Shown here piece after piece: positions 12,529-24,881 of a DNA stretch of 64,000 bases. Both the position numbers and the translations under genes were made by a program. Within the stretch, counting starts at the first letter, position 1, and every line of letters starts with the position of its first letter. The stretch spans positions 124,001 through 188,000 of the forward strand of contig JAAOMT010000648.1 of NCBI GenBank assembly GCA_016748015.1. The letters run 5' to 3'. The notes beneath the pieces are model-generated. The model was not told the origin of the DNA. It saw nothing but the letters and a program-made list of their open reading frames with translations, and searched no databases. This DNA comes from Geosiphon pyriformis uo1. Lineage: Eukaryota; Fungi; Glomeromycota.

Positions 12529-13900
12529 ATAAACATACAAAAATATTAACAACTCCAACATTATATAAACACTCAACAGTTCAAGGAGAATTTATCTCAA
12601 ATAGAAAAAAAGAAGATCAAACAACAATCAAAATATTTTATCACTCACCAAAATATACTTTATTGGAAAAATAGAAGAAATCTAGATCAACCAACCAGAG
12701 TAATTACAGAGCCAAAAAAGGAGACAATATTAATCAACATGCACTCAAATCCAACAGCCAGACACTTTCACAAAGAAGCAACCATGGAAAGAACCAGAAA
12801 AAGATACTATTGGCCATCAATGTATCCAGACATCATCCAATATGTTCAAAATTGTGACGCTTGTCAGTGAAGAGAAAGAACAAGACCCAGTAAATCATTA
12901 AAACCAATCAAAGTGAGACAATCATTTGACCAGATTGGAATTGATTTAGTCAGACCATTAACAATCACCAGCAGAGGAAACAAATATATAGCAGTAGCCA
13001 TAGACTATCTTACTAAATGGCCAAAGGCGAAAGCAATTCAATGAACGGATGCAGAATTTGTTGCCGAATTCGTTCATCAAGATTTAATTTGTTGACACGG
13101 ATGTCCAAAGAAATTATTATCAGACCAAGGAACTCATTTTGTAAACAGAACATTAACAGAATTGAGCCAAAGATTCGGAATTAAGAGACCATTATTATTA
13201 TCATACCATCCACAAACCAATGAATTAGTTGAAAGATTTAACAGAACATTGTGTGAAGCAATTGCCAAACTCAGCCAAAAAAACTAGGATGAATGAGATT
13301 TGTTCATATCATCAGTATTATTTGCTTATTGGACAATAAAGCAAGATACTACACAAGCAACATTGTTTGAATTAATATATGGTAGAACAGCAATATTACC
13401 AGTAAAGAGAGAAATTAATACATATTTAGCTAAACCAATAACAGAAGAGAATTTTCAAAAAACATTGCTGAGAAGAACATATAACTTAATGGAAACATTG
13501 GAAAACAAACAAAGAAGAGCAGCTGACAATATTCAAAAGTCACAAGAAAAACAGAAAAAAAGACACAATAGTCAATTACTAAACAAACCAGTTGAATTCA
13601 AGATTGGAGACAAAGTACTCTTATATCATACCAAAGCGGAAAAACAATAGAGTGGAAAATTTGACCCCAAATGGGATGGACCATTTTACATAAAAGAAAT
13701 TCTAGGAAATAGAGCTTACAAATTAAGACTGGATAACAAAATTTTAACCAAAGCCGCACATGGAGATCGACTGAAACCATACCACAACATCACACTACCA
13801 TCTACCAATAATATTCCACAATTAGGAGTACAGAAAATACTAGTCCAACCAGATGAGATTCCATGAGATCTGAAACCAATCATTATTATTGACAACAACA
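12529..13900 (+). pseudogene. Family A integrase
   Basis: MHSNPTARHFH...CDACQ, IGIDLV, LSDQGTHF, HPQTNELVERFNRTL, FKIGDKVLL, KWDGPF. Confidence 0.9.
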
Positions 13901-13965
13901 CATTAAATTGATCTATCAAAAGAATATATAAAGACACAGTAGATGTGACAGAAAATATCAGAAAA

Positions 13966-14595
13966 ATGGAAATCACAGACAACATTCACTCACTAGCACA
14001 ACAACTCTTTCAATTAATCCAACACCAAGAAATAGAGATTACAATCAATCAAAAAACCATTCGATATCAAGATACTAGAAAAACATTGCAATCCAGAACA
14101 CAGAAAAAAACTGAAAATACTGTAAACAAAATTATTGTGAAAGTAAAATTAGCAATAAGAGATTCAACAAAAAAGTTACTATATCAAGAGTTGACTAAAG
14201 AAACTTGGAATTAGTGGATACAACAATTTCCACAAAACTATTGTTATTTTTACTTGAAACAACACATAAATATCCAGAATTTATATACGGATAAAACAAA
14301 GTGATTATTCAACAAAAGAATACTACAACAATTAGAACATTTTGTGGGAAAGAACAACTTATCCACATAGGCTTGAGCTATGTACCAAATACACACAGTA
14401 TTTTAGGATAAAGCAGAAATATTACTCAACAAAGCAATGGATATGGTTACCAGTAATCAATTGGGAAAAATCACCAATGCACAATTTGAAAAATTACAGA
14501 CCCAAATAACACAAGTAATTCTCGAAAACAAAATCCAGGAAATACTTCAAAAAGAGGAATTAAATGAGTTGGATTTCGATGGAGCTCAATATTAA
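13966..14595 (+). pseudogene. Family A ORF3: unknown protein of about 210 aa before the 3' LTR
   Basis: MEITDNIHSL...ELNELDFDGAQY*. Internal stops are explicable as C>T or G>A changes; the stop lies at the PPT. Confidence 0.6.
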
Positions 14596-14608
14596 AAGGA
14601 GGGAATAA
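14594..14608 (+). promoter_or_regulatory. Polypurine tract of family A element
   Basis: AAAAGGAGGGAATAA abuts the 3' LTR. Confidence 0.8.
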
Positions 14609-15478
14609 TGTTACTCATAGAAATATAGAAAATATATTAGCATGATTATTAGCCAATCAAAAGTAGGTGTAGTAAATATGGAATTCCAGGATTCCTCTTA
14701 AGAATTGTAGGATTCCAGGAATTTCAGAATTCCTCAACAAGGAATTGCAGGATTTCAGAATTCCAGGTTCTTTTTAAAAGAATCACAGAATTCTAGAAAT
14801 TCCAGGATTTCTGTCGTAAAAAATTGAGGAATTAAGAAATCTTAATTATGTATATATAGTAGCAGGATTAGAAGCTAAAAAGACAGACCTCTCAGTTTAG
14901 ATTTAATCTAAGCAACCTTCCAGTTCCCAATTATCAAATAAAATAATTATTTTATATCTCAATCCACTCTTTACTATCAACACTTCATATTGATAATAAT
15001 TGATACTTAACCACACTGGAACAATAGCTTTTAATTACAGCTATTGATGGGATATTAACTTACCAAATTGCCTTGGCTTATTTTCATCATCATTATTTTT
15101 TTTTTTTTATTTCTTTCTTTCTTTGATTTTGTTGTGCCTACTAATTGATTGAGGATTAAAAGCGCTGAGTTATTGACATTACAGATAGCCTGGTAAAAGA
15201 CCCAGAAATAAGGGTAGATTTATATATATTATCAGTTAGCTTACCAGAAGGGCACAACTGTCAGAATAAATCTGGCCACCAAGCTAAGAAAGAAATTGGG
15301 AAACAACTGACAACAAACAATGAATTGCCACACTATTGAATTTCTGTCCATTATACAAAGGACTTTATCAAAACCTTCAGATACAACACTTTCATAATAT
15401 TATCAATAGAAATAGCTTTTGAGCACCAAGTTACAAGTTTGTTATTTGACTTGAAACTCCAAATATTCAACTGTAATA
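14609..15478 (+). repeat. 3' LTR of family A element
   Basis: TGTTACTCATAG...CAACTGTAATA; carries one extra repeat block relative to the 5' LTR. Confidence 0.92.
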
Positions 15479-16600
15479 CCGGGCACAAGAACCATGCCAC
15501 CAATAACAGTACTTGGCTTTCTTGCCAGGTTTTTGGTCAAAGATTCTTCTAAGGATATTATAGTAGGGCCAGCAGATCAGCTTGCCATTCACAATGATTC
15601 TTTTTTTGTTAGCTTTGACATTGTCCAGTGGCTTGCCATTGCTGGTGAAGGTGGTATAGGCAAGTTCAACAGTTTTTTCTTGTTCCTCTTGTTCTTCTTT
15701 ATCATCATTTTCTTCATCATCTGATTCCTCTAATTGTTCTTCTTTTTGATTCTGTTTTAATGTTGGAGGGGTTGTCCAATGGCAACACTTAACCACAATA
15801 GGCTTCTTATCACATCTGATGGTTAGCTTACAAAGTTCATAGTCAAATAATGCTTTGGTTTTCTTGAGCCATTCATTTCCAACAATAATAGTGTATTCCT
15901 TGGCTTCAGAAACTTCCATGTCAGTTTCAATGCTAATGTCATTGATATGAACAGAAATAGCTTTGGCTATGTCCAAACCTTTTTTTTTGTCACCATGTAT
16001 ATTGGTCATTGGTTGGGTGAAAGGTTCATCAATCTTTCTCCCAATTGCTTCCAAAAAGTGTTTGGTAATGACACTAACAGATGATCTACTGTTCAGGATC
16101 AAGTCAATGAAATAGCCAGCCACTTGGGCTTTGCAAATTAATGGGGTAACATTGCTATTGTCAGCAAGTCCAGCTTGGCAAGAGCATTTATTGGTTTTTG
16201 GTGTTTTCTTCTTGGGAATTAGAGATTTGTGGAGATTTTTTCTGAATTGTGGGTGGGTCATTAGTTGGCCAAAGATAATATGTGCAGGAGTTTCTATGAG
16301 ATTTTTGACAACAGAATAAGGACCAGATTTTTGTACTATTTCTGGGGGTTCCAACTTTGGAGAATTTTTAAAGACTGTAGCCTTTGGTGGCTTATTATTA
16401 TTAGTAGTTGATGTGGATGGTTTATTTGGATCTAAAACGAAATCAACCTTGGCTTTCTTCTTCTTTCTTGTTGATTCTAAGGTGTTGATTGCTAGTTCAT
16501 CTATGTCATGGTTATTATCAGTTAAGTTAAAAGCATAAAAGGGGTTTTCTTCTGGTTGGCTTGCACTCTTACCCTTTAGAGATGTGCCTATCAGTTTAAA
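15479..16600 (-). pseudogene. pol: Family B pol, 5' part: aspartic protease and Cys/Trp-rich linker
   Basis: LILNSRSSVSVI (decayed D-S-G motif) and IIVGNEWL. Lies in the -1 frame relative to gag and is cut at ...HGSCAR by the family A insertion. Confidence 0.85.
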
Positions 16601-18141
16601 GGCTAGTAAACTGTGGCTTCAACTAGGGGATCCTCTCCAAAGAAATTAATGTTAGCATGATTGGGTCTTTGATTGGGGGCATTATTGTTATTGATTCTGT
16701 TGTTCTGGTTGTTATTGTTTCTAGGAACTGGAGGAGGCAAAGGAGGATTGTTGCAATCTCTGGAGAAATATCCAGTTAATTCACATTTATAACACACAGG
16801 AGGACCATGATTTTGCTGTTTTTGGTAAGGAGGTTGCTGGGGCTAATTAAAATGGTTTTCAAATCTGGGTCTTTGTGGTTGCTGGTTATCTCTGACTGCT
16901 TGGGCTAATGGTTTTAATAGCCAAGCTAGATTTGCTGTAAGTCTATCTATTAATTGTTCATTTGGATCTTGTGTCTGGGCAGCAAAAAAAGTAGCAGCCA
17001 TTTGAGAAGTAGAAGCCATAACAGAAGCAGGAGCAAAAACTGAAAGTGTGGATCCCAAATGCATTTTTTGATTGTCTTCAATTTTTTGGGTGAGTTCAAT
17101 GGTCATATCCATGATGAGATTATCTTTTAAAGCCAAGAGAGGCCAAAGAGCATACAATAAATCAGTTCTCAATTTTTTTGTGAAGGAGTAGATCTTTTGC
17201 TCTTCAGTCCAGTTTCTATCAGAGTCTACACGCTTGATGAGTTTTCTGATTGCTTTGGCATATTTGGTCACAATTTTACCAGAACCTTGGGTTCTTCTTT
17301 CTAATTCCATATGCCATTTGGATATTAAGATGGAAGTTCTGAATTTGTTTTCAAACTGGATAGTGAAAGAGATGTTGTTTTCTTCAATATTTGCTGAGGT
17401 CTATCTAACAATTTTTTGTTGAGCACCAGCATTGGTTTCTTGTGAAAACCAGGTAGTAGGGAAGCCTTGGAGGTAACCACCAATGATTTGAAACTTGTAT
17501 TCATCATCATACTGGTTTGCAGTGGCTGCTTTTTCAAAATTGTCTAACCATTTAATTGGATCTTGGGCATCACCTCTGAATAGGGGTAATGGAGTGTTGT
17601 TTCTTTACTTCAAAGCAGTTTGTATGCCTTGGAGGGCAGCCAGAATGTTTGCTTGCATGGGGTCTTGGGCCATTGGTTCAGGGGTTACTGTTTGAGTAGA
17701 GTGTTCTGATTCACTTAAAAAGAGATCAAAGATAGGAGCAGTTTGGTAACTTTTTTCTTCTGTTTCAAGGGGAGTTATAGTTGATTAGTGAGCAGCAACC
17801 CAAATGTGTATTTGGTAATTCAGATATTCGAAATCAGGGGGCTGTTGTGTGAAAGTTGTGAAGTATAAAAGTTGATTGATGCTATTATTTTTTTCTTCAA
17901 AGTTGTTTTCAGAATAAGCTTGGTCAAAGTAATAAGTTGTATATGCTGTATAGGTTTTAGCTGAGTGCTTGTTCAGGAACCAGTTCTAAAAGTCTTGGAA
18001 TTGTCTATTAGATTGTTCTTTAAGGGAAAAGCAGATCAAGCAGAAGGACAAGGGATTGAGTTCAATAAAGTCTAGATCATTTCTGTTGTGTGCTGTAAAG
18101 TGTTCTTCTAATTGCTGTGGCAAGTATGAATAATTATCCAT
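16591..18141 (-). pseudogene. gag: Family B gag (capsid plus CCHC zinc knuckle), with nonsense mutations
   Basis: ATG at 18141 (MDNYSYLPQ). Contains PLFRGDAQDPIKWLDNFEKAATAN, ELERRTQGSG (retrotransposon gag) and CYKCELTGYFSRDC knuckle, all in one frame. Confidence 0.85.
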
Positions 18142-18169
18142 ACAATGAAAAAATAAGTGAATTTTGACA

Positions 18170-18187
18170 ACCTCACAGGGAGCACTA
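18170..18187 (-). promoter_or_regulatory. Primer-binding site of family B element
   Basis: Minus strand reads TAGTGCTCCCTGTGAGGT, 6 nt inside the 5' LTR. It matches the family A PBS except for one G>A change. Confidence 0.8.
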
Positions 18188-18193
18188 CTTTTA

Positions 18194-18868
18194 TGTTATG
18201 GGTTGGAATAACAAGCTAACAGATAACAAAGGAGAACAGAATTGTAGGGTGATGGAAATAATCAAAGGGGAATTCAACTTCAAAGAGTGAATTGAATAAG
18301 TATGGATTCAATGTGCAAGATCAGTCTCATAAAATATCACAGTCACTATACTTTTCAAAGGTAACCGAAGAATTTGAAGGTAGAGGAATAGTTCGTACTG
18401 TTAACAAATAATCACACTTGGTATAATTCTATGCTTTACGTTGGCACTTTTAGAATTCAATATCAAGTATCAGATGTGCTCTTCAGTTATGTTTTATTCA
18501 ATAATCTTCAAATACTTCGTTTAATTGTTTCAGGAAAAGGCAGATAAACATCAACAAGAGATCTTTTATCCAAAAGATGTTCAGATACTTGAAGATAGGG
18601 AAAGAAAAATTAGCAATAAGAAAATGTTTGAGATAAAAGTTGTTTTATTATATTTCTTTAATTGTTGGAAACATATTTTTTTACAGCTAAGAGACTCATT
18701 GTTTATATAGCTATAAAAAGTGGTCAATGATCAGATCAATAATCAGGTTAATGGTCAGGTCATTGATCAGGTCAATGATTATTATTTAAAAATAGGTTGG
18801 CTAATTATATGACATCAGTGGCTAATACATATGATAACTAATAAAAACTATGAGTTTCAATTGTAACA
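18194..18868 (-). repeat. 5' LTR of family B element
   Basis: TGTTATGGGTTGG...CAATTGTAACA; differs from the 3' LTR mostly by transitions and by the number of 12-bp units. Confidence 0.92.
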
Positions 18869-19330
18869 ACATGAAGTGTTGATAGTAGAAAGTGGATTGA
18901 GATAGTAAATAATTATTTATTGATATTTGTAGTATGGAAAGTTGCTTAGATTAAATCTAAACTAAGAGGTCTTGGGAATTCTAATAATTATGACTTGTGA
19001 GTCTAATTGATTCTGAAAGTTCTACTAATTCTGAAAGTTATTATTTTTTAGTTTTTAATACTACTGCTATATATACATAAATTTTATTGTACAAAATTCT
19101 TTGAATTCTTCAATTTTCTAGCCAAAAATCTTAGAATTCCTGGAATTCTGCAATTTCTTTGAGAGAAATTTTGGAATTCTGGAATCCTGTAATTTTTTGT
19201 ATAAGAATTCTGAAATTCTTAGAATTCTGCAATTCCTCTAAGAAAAATTCTGGAATTCTACTTTTACTATGTTTATTTTGATTGGCTAATTTATATACTA
19301 ATATTTAATTCTTATATTCTATAAATAATA
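18869..19330 (-). mobile_element. Solo LTR related to Gypsy family A, right part
   Basis: Reverse complement of the 5' half of the family A LTR (ttagattaaatctaaact, ggaattc-type repeats). Ends TTCTATAAATAATA, about the reverse complement of TGTTATTCATAGAA. Joins 579-1043 across the ACAT TSD. Confidence 0.8.
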
Positions 19331-20191
19331 CTAGTTAATTTTAAAATTTTTTTTAGTTTTATTAAATTTTTGGGTTTAAAAAGCTTTTTACTTTATTTAT
19401 TTTATCTGAATTGGTTTTAATATTATTTTTTTTTTTTATATATTTCAAAAATTCAAGCTCTGTTTTTTTGAAAAAAATTGTTAATATTAAATTTTAATTC
19501 AATTTATTAAAGCAGTTTAAATACTTGTTAAAAATAGTATAAATATTTATTAAAAATTTTTAAGAATATATTAATATTGTTTAAATAAATAACTATTAAT
19601 TTTTATAATATGTTTAAATATACAATTTTAATTAATTATTAAAATATTATCAATATATTAATTAATTTAAATAATATTATATTAAATTAAATTTTTTTAT
19701 ATATAATAAATATTGTTTTTTTTTGTTATTTAAATTTATAATTATTTGTTAATAAATATTGTTTAAGTTTAATTAAAAAATTATTTTTTTTACCAAATAA
19801 ATTAAATAGTTCTTGAATTTAAAAAATAAATAACTAATATAAATAATATTATTAAGTTTTTATTAGATTATACAAAACTGAATTTTTCTATTTTTTTTTA
19901 AATTAATATTACTAATAATGATTATAAATTTATAAATAATTAAATTAATTTATTGTTTGATATTTAATTAATTTTTTGTCAAATAATTTGTAACTTGTTA
20001 ATAATATTTAATATGTTTTTAGTTTAATCAATATAATGTTTTTGGTTTTTATTTTTTTTTTTTTATTAATGCTTTTATTAAGTAAAGTCCAACCACTATT
20101 TAATACATAAAGCCAGACTAAGTGGCTTAGACTAAATGCGACTTACACACTTTCTACATGTGGCTAGCCACTCAGACCAGACAAGACTACA

Positions 20192-23100
20192 CTACACACC
20201 CAACATTATGTGAGGATTACCATTCAAACCTAAGAAAAAAGAATAAAGCCACCGACAGCCAAAACCAACTGCAAAAGACTCTGTAACACCTAGCATTCGA
20301 ACCACACTATCTGACAGCAAAGACCCAACATAAAGTAACAAACCTGAAACCACGCCACTATTACCAACCAGACCAGCTCTTTCTATATTAGCTCTATGTT
20401 TAGACTTCACCAGCCAAATTTTTGAGCAATGTGACTCCACCAATTTCTGAACAAACTTAACAACTATAGAAACAGCTTTCTTACCCTCTTCAAAAACAAC
20501 AATGGCCTTCGCACAAGTCTATAAGCACAAACTTCTTACATAATGCCAAGTATAATCCAACATCTAAGGAGCACTGACCAAGAGTACATAAAACAATAGA
20601 GGGCAATAAGCCATGTACATCTACCAAAGATGACTAGGATGCAGAAGCCTCAGCCAAAATTTTTTCTCGAATCCCGCCATTCAAAGCGCAAGTAAAAGCA
20701 TGATCTGGCAGTTCAACCCCACCACACAGCAAACACAACATGTCAGGATATCTCTTATCATATAACTTCTTTTTAATCACAACCAACAGCCACTGGTGTA
20801 CAGCTTTCATCATGTACATGTGCAAACCCAAAGACCTTCGACTAGTAGAGCCGGCAAGCATGTGGGAGTTGAAATGCCACACCTGAGTGGTAGCATCCCA
20901 GTTCACATGCCCAATCAGCTTCCTCAGGATAACAACCTGGCCAGGACCAGCTTCTCACTAAGCATAATCAACAAACTGAAATATATCTCTCACAAAGTGA
21001 CAGGCATTACCAGACACAACTGTGTTTTCAGCCACCAAAAAACGTTCATGAATCCTCACTGATAAAGACAAATTGGAACATGTAGCATGACCAGCAGCAG
21101 CATCCACTTCCACATTATCCAAAATACCAGAATGGCCCTTGACTTTCATCCACTCCACACTAAGATCCTTATCCCTGACCAAATTAAAAATGTGATGTCT
21201 TTCCACCCAGCATGGAACACAAAAATCAGGCAAGACCAAAGAAATCTCAAACACACAAATGTCAATGGCAGCTTGGCTGTCAAGATGCAAAACCACAGAG
21301 CTGAAAGATGGAACACATTCCAAAGCAAGAGCAACCACCTGCAACTCAGCCATAGTAGACGACAATAGACCATAAATCCTAACACCAATACTCAAATTTG
21401 CCGAAGGAAAATAAACAACTGCACCACCAGCAACACCAGCCATTCCAACCCCTTTCAGTGAGCCATCAGTATAGACATTAAAGAAACCAGACCAGACTTT
21501 ATGTAAACCACTCTGGATTTCAGCAAACTCCATGGAATTCAGCACATCTAACCCAGGCAGCAAATCATACTCAGCAGACAGAGCTGATAGAGCACCTTTA
21601 TCTAACAAAAACTTAGACACAACTCCAAACCAGAGAGGAACAGGACCCCTCAGATCCAATCTCTTCCAGTGGTGAAAGGTTTTTCAGTCCATCACTTTGC
21701 CCTTCCTATCATACAGTTTGTCACCAAAAGCAATACCAAAATGCCTTAAAGACTGAACAAAACTAAAGTAAAGAGAACTACCCAACACAGAAGACACAGG
21801 AAACAAACCAGGACTATGAAAGGCATTTGGCAGATTATTTGCTAAAGACAGCTTATTATTCAAAAAAATCTTAACCACACCAGCTTAAAAATTGTTTACA
21901 GGACTAATACGCAACTTGACCGGAAACTGCAAAGGGTTCAAAGAAGCCCAACCCAGAACTTGTAAATCCAAAAATCTGTGATTGAAAAGATGCCCAAGAA
22001 TACCAGAAGCATTGGAAAATGAAATCACAGCAGCCATCTTGTACTCCAACTGCACCTGCTCAAAAGATTTCAAACCATACAATAAGTGATGATGTAAAGC
22101 TTTGACTGGAAAATCATGTGGCAAATGAGCCTTAGACCTAAGACCCCTCCAAACCAGAACATCCTATTTGTGGCAAACATCCATTGAAACAAAACTAAAC
22201 TGTGTTCTATAGCTAATAATGGGCTGCAATACAGCCGAGACCAAATACGAGAACTGCTTGTCCATAATAGCCTTTCTAAGCACCACATTAACAAAAAAAC
22301 ACACATCTGAATGAGCTTTGGCCACACTTGGTTTAGACAACCCTTCAGTAGACAAAAAAATACCCAAGTATCTATAAACTTCACCCTTCTTAGCTATTGA
22401 AATTGGCTGACCATTAATGCACAAAGAAGCAATCTTGATGCTCTGATTGATAGAAATAGCCACAGTTTTCTCAACATTGATCGAAATGTCATTGATTGCA
22501 AAGAACTTACTAGCAATATTCAGAGCATACTGTGTAGACGCCTGACAATTACCGACCCAAATTGTATCATCGACAAATGCTCCAGCCACAAAAAATGAAG
22601 ATAACCCATTACTAGACTTAACCCTGCCAAATCTCGCCACAAACTTAGTATCAATCTGGTAACCACACAAATGTTCATGTCACTTAACCTTACACAAAAG
22701 GGGATTGTAGAAAATCCTCTAGAGAAGAGGTGAAAACACCTCACCCTGATCCAAACCATCTTGCACTTTGTAGCCACCAGAAAGACCAAAATCAGTCATA
22801 ACCCTATTGATCCTATTATCATGTATGCTGCCAAAAAATTTAATAAACCTATCACACATTTTAATTTGATGCAAGCTGGCCTTCAAGTAATGCCAACTCA
22901 CAGAATCATAAGCCTTGCACATGTCTTGAAGAACCAACCACAGTTCATGACCTTTCTCCAAAGTGTTTTCGACAACTAAGCCAACTGTAAACACAGGAGA
23001 TTGGGTAGACGTACTCTTCAGAACAGAAAAATTATCACCACAAAGAACACCAAATTTGCTGCACACCGAAGAGATTCTATCAGAAAGAATCTTGGAGAGA

Positions 23101-24881
23101 ATCTTCCTGGCAGTCTCAATCAAAGCAATAGGCTGTGTGTTCATAAGAATTCCATTCCAATCATAGGGTTTGGAGATCATTAAGACCCAGGCCCTTCTTT
23201 ATAGAACAGGAACATCACTGACTGACAAGCATGCATTCAACAATCTCAAGAGACACCCTGCTACCTCAGCTCCACCCTGCTTCCACAGTTCATTAGAAAT
23301 GCCAGACAAACCAGCAGCTTTGCCATCAGGCAGACCATCAATAGCCAAGAGCAACTCATTCAAACCAACTACAACCATTACACCAGAAAAAGCACAATCC
23401 TGAACATAATCCAAAGGTGCATACTGACAGGTCCACAGATTAGGCATTATCAAAGACACAGCCCGCTTCTTTGTTCAACCTTCCATAATCTTATCAACTC
23501 CAAGCTTCACCTTCTTAGGCTCCAAGATCAAATCATCATTCACAACCAAGTGATTCAGCACCACCTTACAAAAAGGCCACTCTAAAACACTCCTAATTAT
23601 ACTACCTTTGTCAGAACAAAAATTTTTCATATGTCTTGAAATAGCCAGTCTGATAGCAGCCTCCTCAGCCAATTTTGACTTATACATTTTAGATCTTCTG
23701 TACTCTTTACAAACCAATGCTAAATGTTTGAGCACCACCACAGACTTCACACCCGAACCTACCAAATTGGCAAAAACATGGGCCCTGTCATTATCTAAAG
23801 TTGACCAAACTCTCACCAGATGATCCATGCTAGACAAGTCACCCAAGCTGAATCTTTTAACAATTTTGGCAATCAACAACTCTAGTCCAAAGAACCTTGA
23901 AGAATGTCTATTCCTAGAACAATGAAATTCACTAAACCACAGCCTAGAAAATATCTCATCAGCCAAATCCACCATCATCTTTTCCAAAACCATCTACATA
24001 GCATCCAAATCACTATGCAATTTAGCATCAGAAAATCTGTCTTTAGTAACCAAAAGCTTGGTATGAAGACAATCTCTAAATTTAGCCCACTTGGGACCAT
24101 CAGTATCCTTAAACCTGAATTTTCAACAATCCTTGTTAGCCTGCTTATGCACACTATTTAACTGAACATCTAAGAGTCTACCTAACCCAATCAAGACCAG
24201 AACAGCCTTATGATCAGTGTCAAAAGAATCCAAAACAGAACAAACCCGATGGCCAGTGACAGCAGAAGACAAATTCCCACTGACAAAAATGAAATCAATA
24301 GTTTTCTCAACTCTCTGAGAATTGTTTTATGTGCGAGCCTTAACTAAATAATGATTTGCAAAAAAATTGACCAAACCCAAACTCAAACAAAACTTGAATG
24401 TCACACTCCTTCCAGATCTATTCTCATTAAAATTACCACCCAGAACCACAAAAGTACTAGAGTTGACAGCTCTTGTAATTAAAAAGTTCATCTTCAAAGC
24501 CTGATCAAATATAGTCCCAGAAGAGACACCAGTATATAAACCAAGAACTGTAATGGAGAGCTTGCCTTTGAACAAAAGTTTTACTGAAATAACCCAGCCA
24601 GAAACCTCCACAACCTCAAACACATGACAAGCCAAAGAATTGTCCATAATTACAGCCACCCCAGCCCCAAGAAAACCTTTATCCAAATCTGACATGAAAA
24701 CTCACACACTCTCAAACCTATTTGCAATTTATGGTTTAACACTGGACTTCAATTTAGTTTCTGTAACAAAGGACACTACACAACTGGAATTCATATACCA
24801 ATGCACAACATTCACTTGCTTTACATGGACATTGATACCATGAACATTACATGTACCAAATTTCCAAACTAGTTTACTTAT
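20192..24881 (-). pseudogene. LINE ORF2 (AP endonuclease, RT, RNase H, C-terminal Zn motif)
   Basis: TCNVHGIN/VTETKL/GGNFNE (APE); QPIALIE, LQDMCKAYDSV, GLDQGEVFSP, AFVDDT (RT); VYTDGS, AELQ, LDSQAA, KVKGHSGILDNVEVD (RNase H); CLLC..ELPDHAFTC. Confidence 0.92.

Larger units (their letters stand above)
5365..15478 (+). mobile_element. Ty3/Gypsy LTR retrotransposon, family A (dUTPase-bearing), full length but mutated
   Basis: LTRs at 5365-6196 and 14609-15478, PBS, PPT and gag-PR-dUTPase-RT-RH-IN-ORF3. TSD CCGG (15479-15482) versus CTGA (5361-5364); removing the element restores the host frame CAR-CWC. Confidence 0.95.
1044..18868 (-). mobile_element. Ty3/Gypsy LTR retrotransposon, family B (interrupted by a family A element)
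   Basis: Two direct LTRs bounded by TG..CA, TSD ACAT (1040-1043 and 18869-18872), PBS, PPT, and gag-PR-RT-RH-IN order on the minus strand. Confidence 0.95.

Noticed and set aside
16574-16611. 38-nt GT...AG segment whose removal fuses gag and pol, as a possible mini-intron
   Set aside because: It is very short with a non-consensus donor (GTTTAC). The in-phase slippery heptamer and stem explain the same frame change better.
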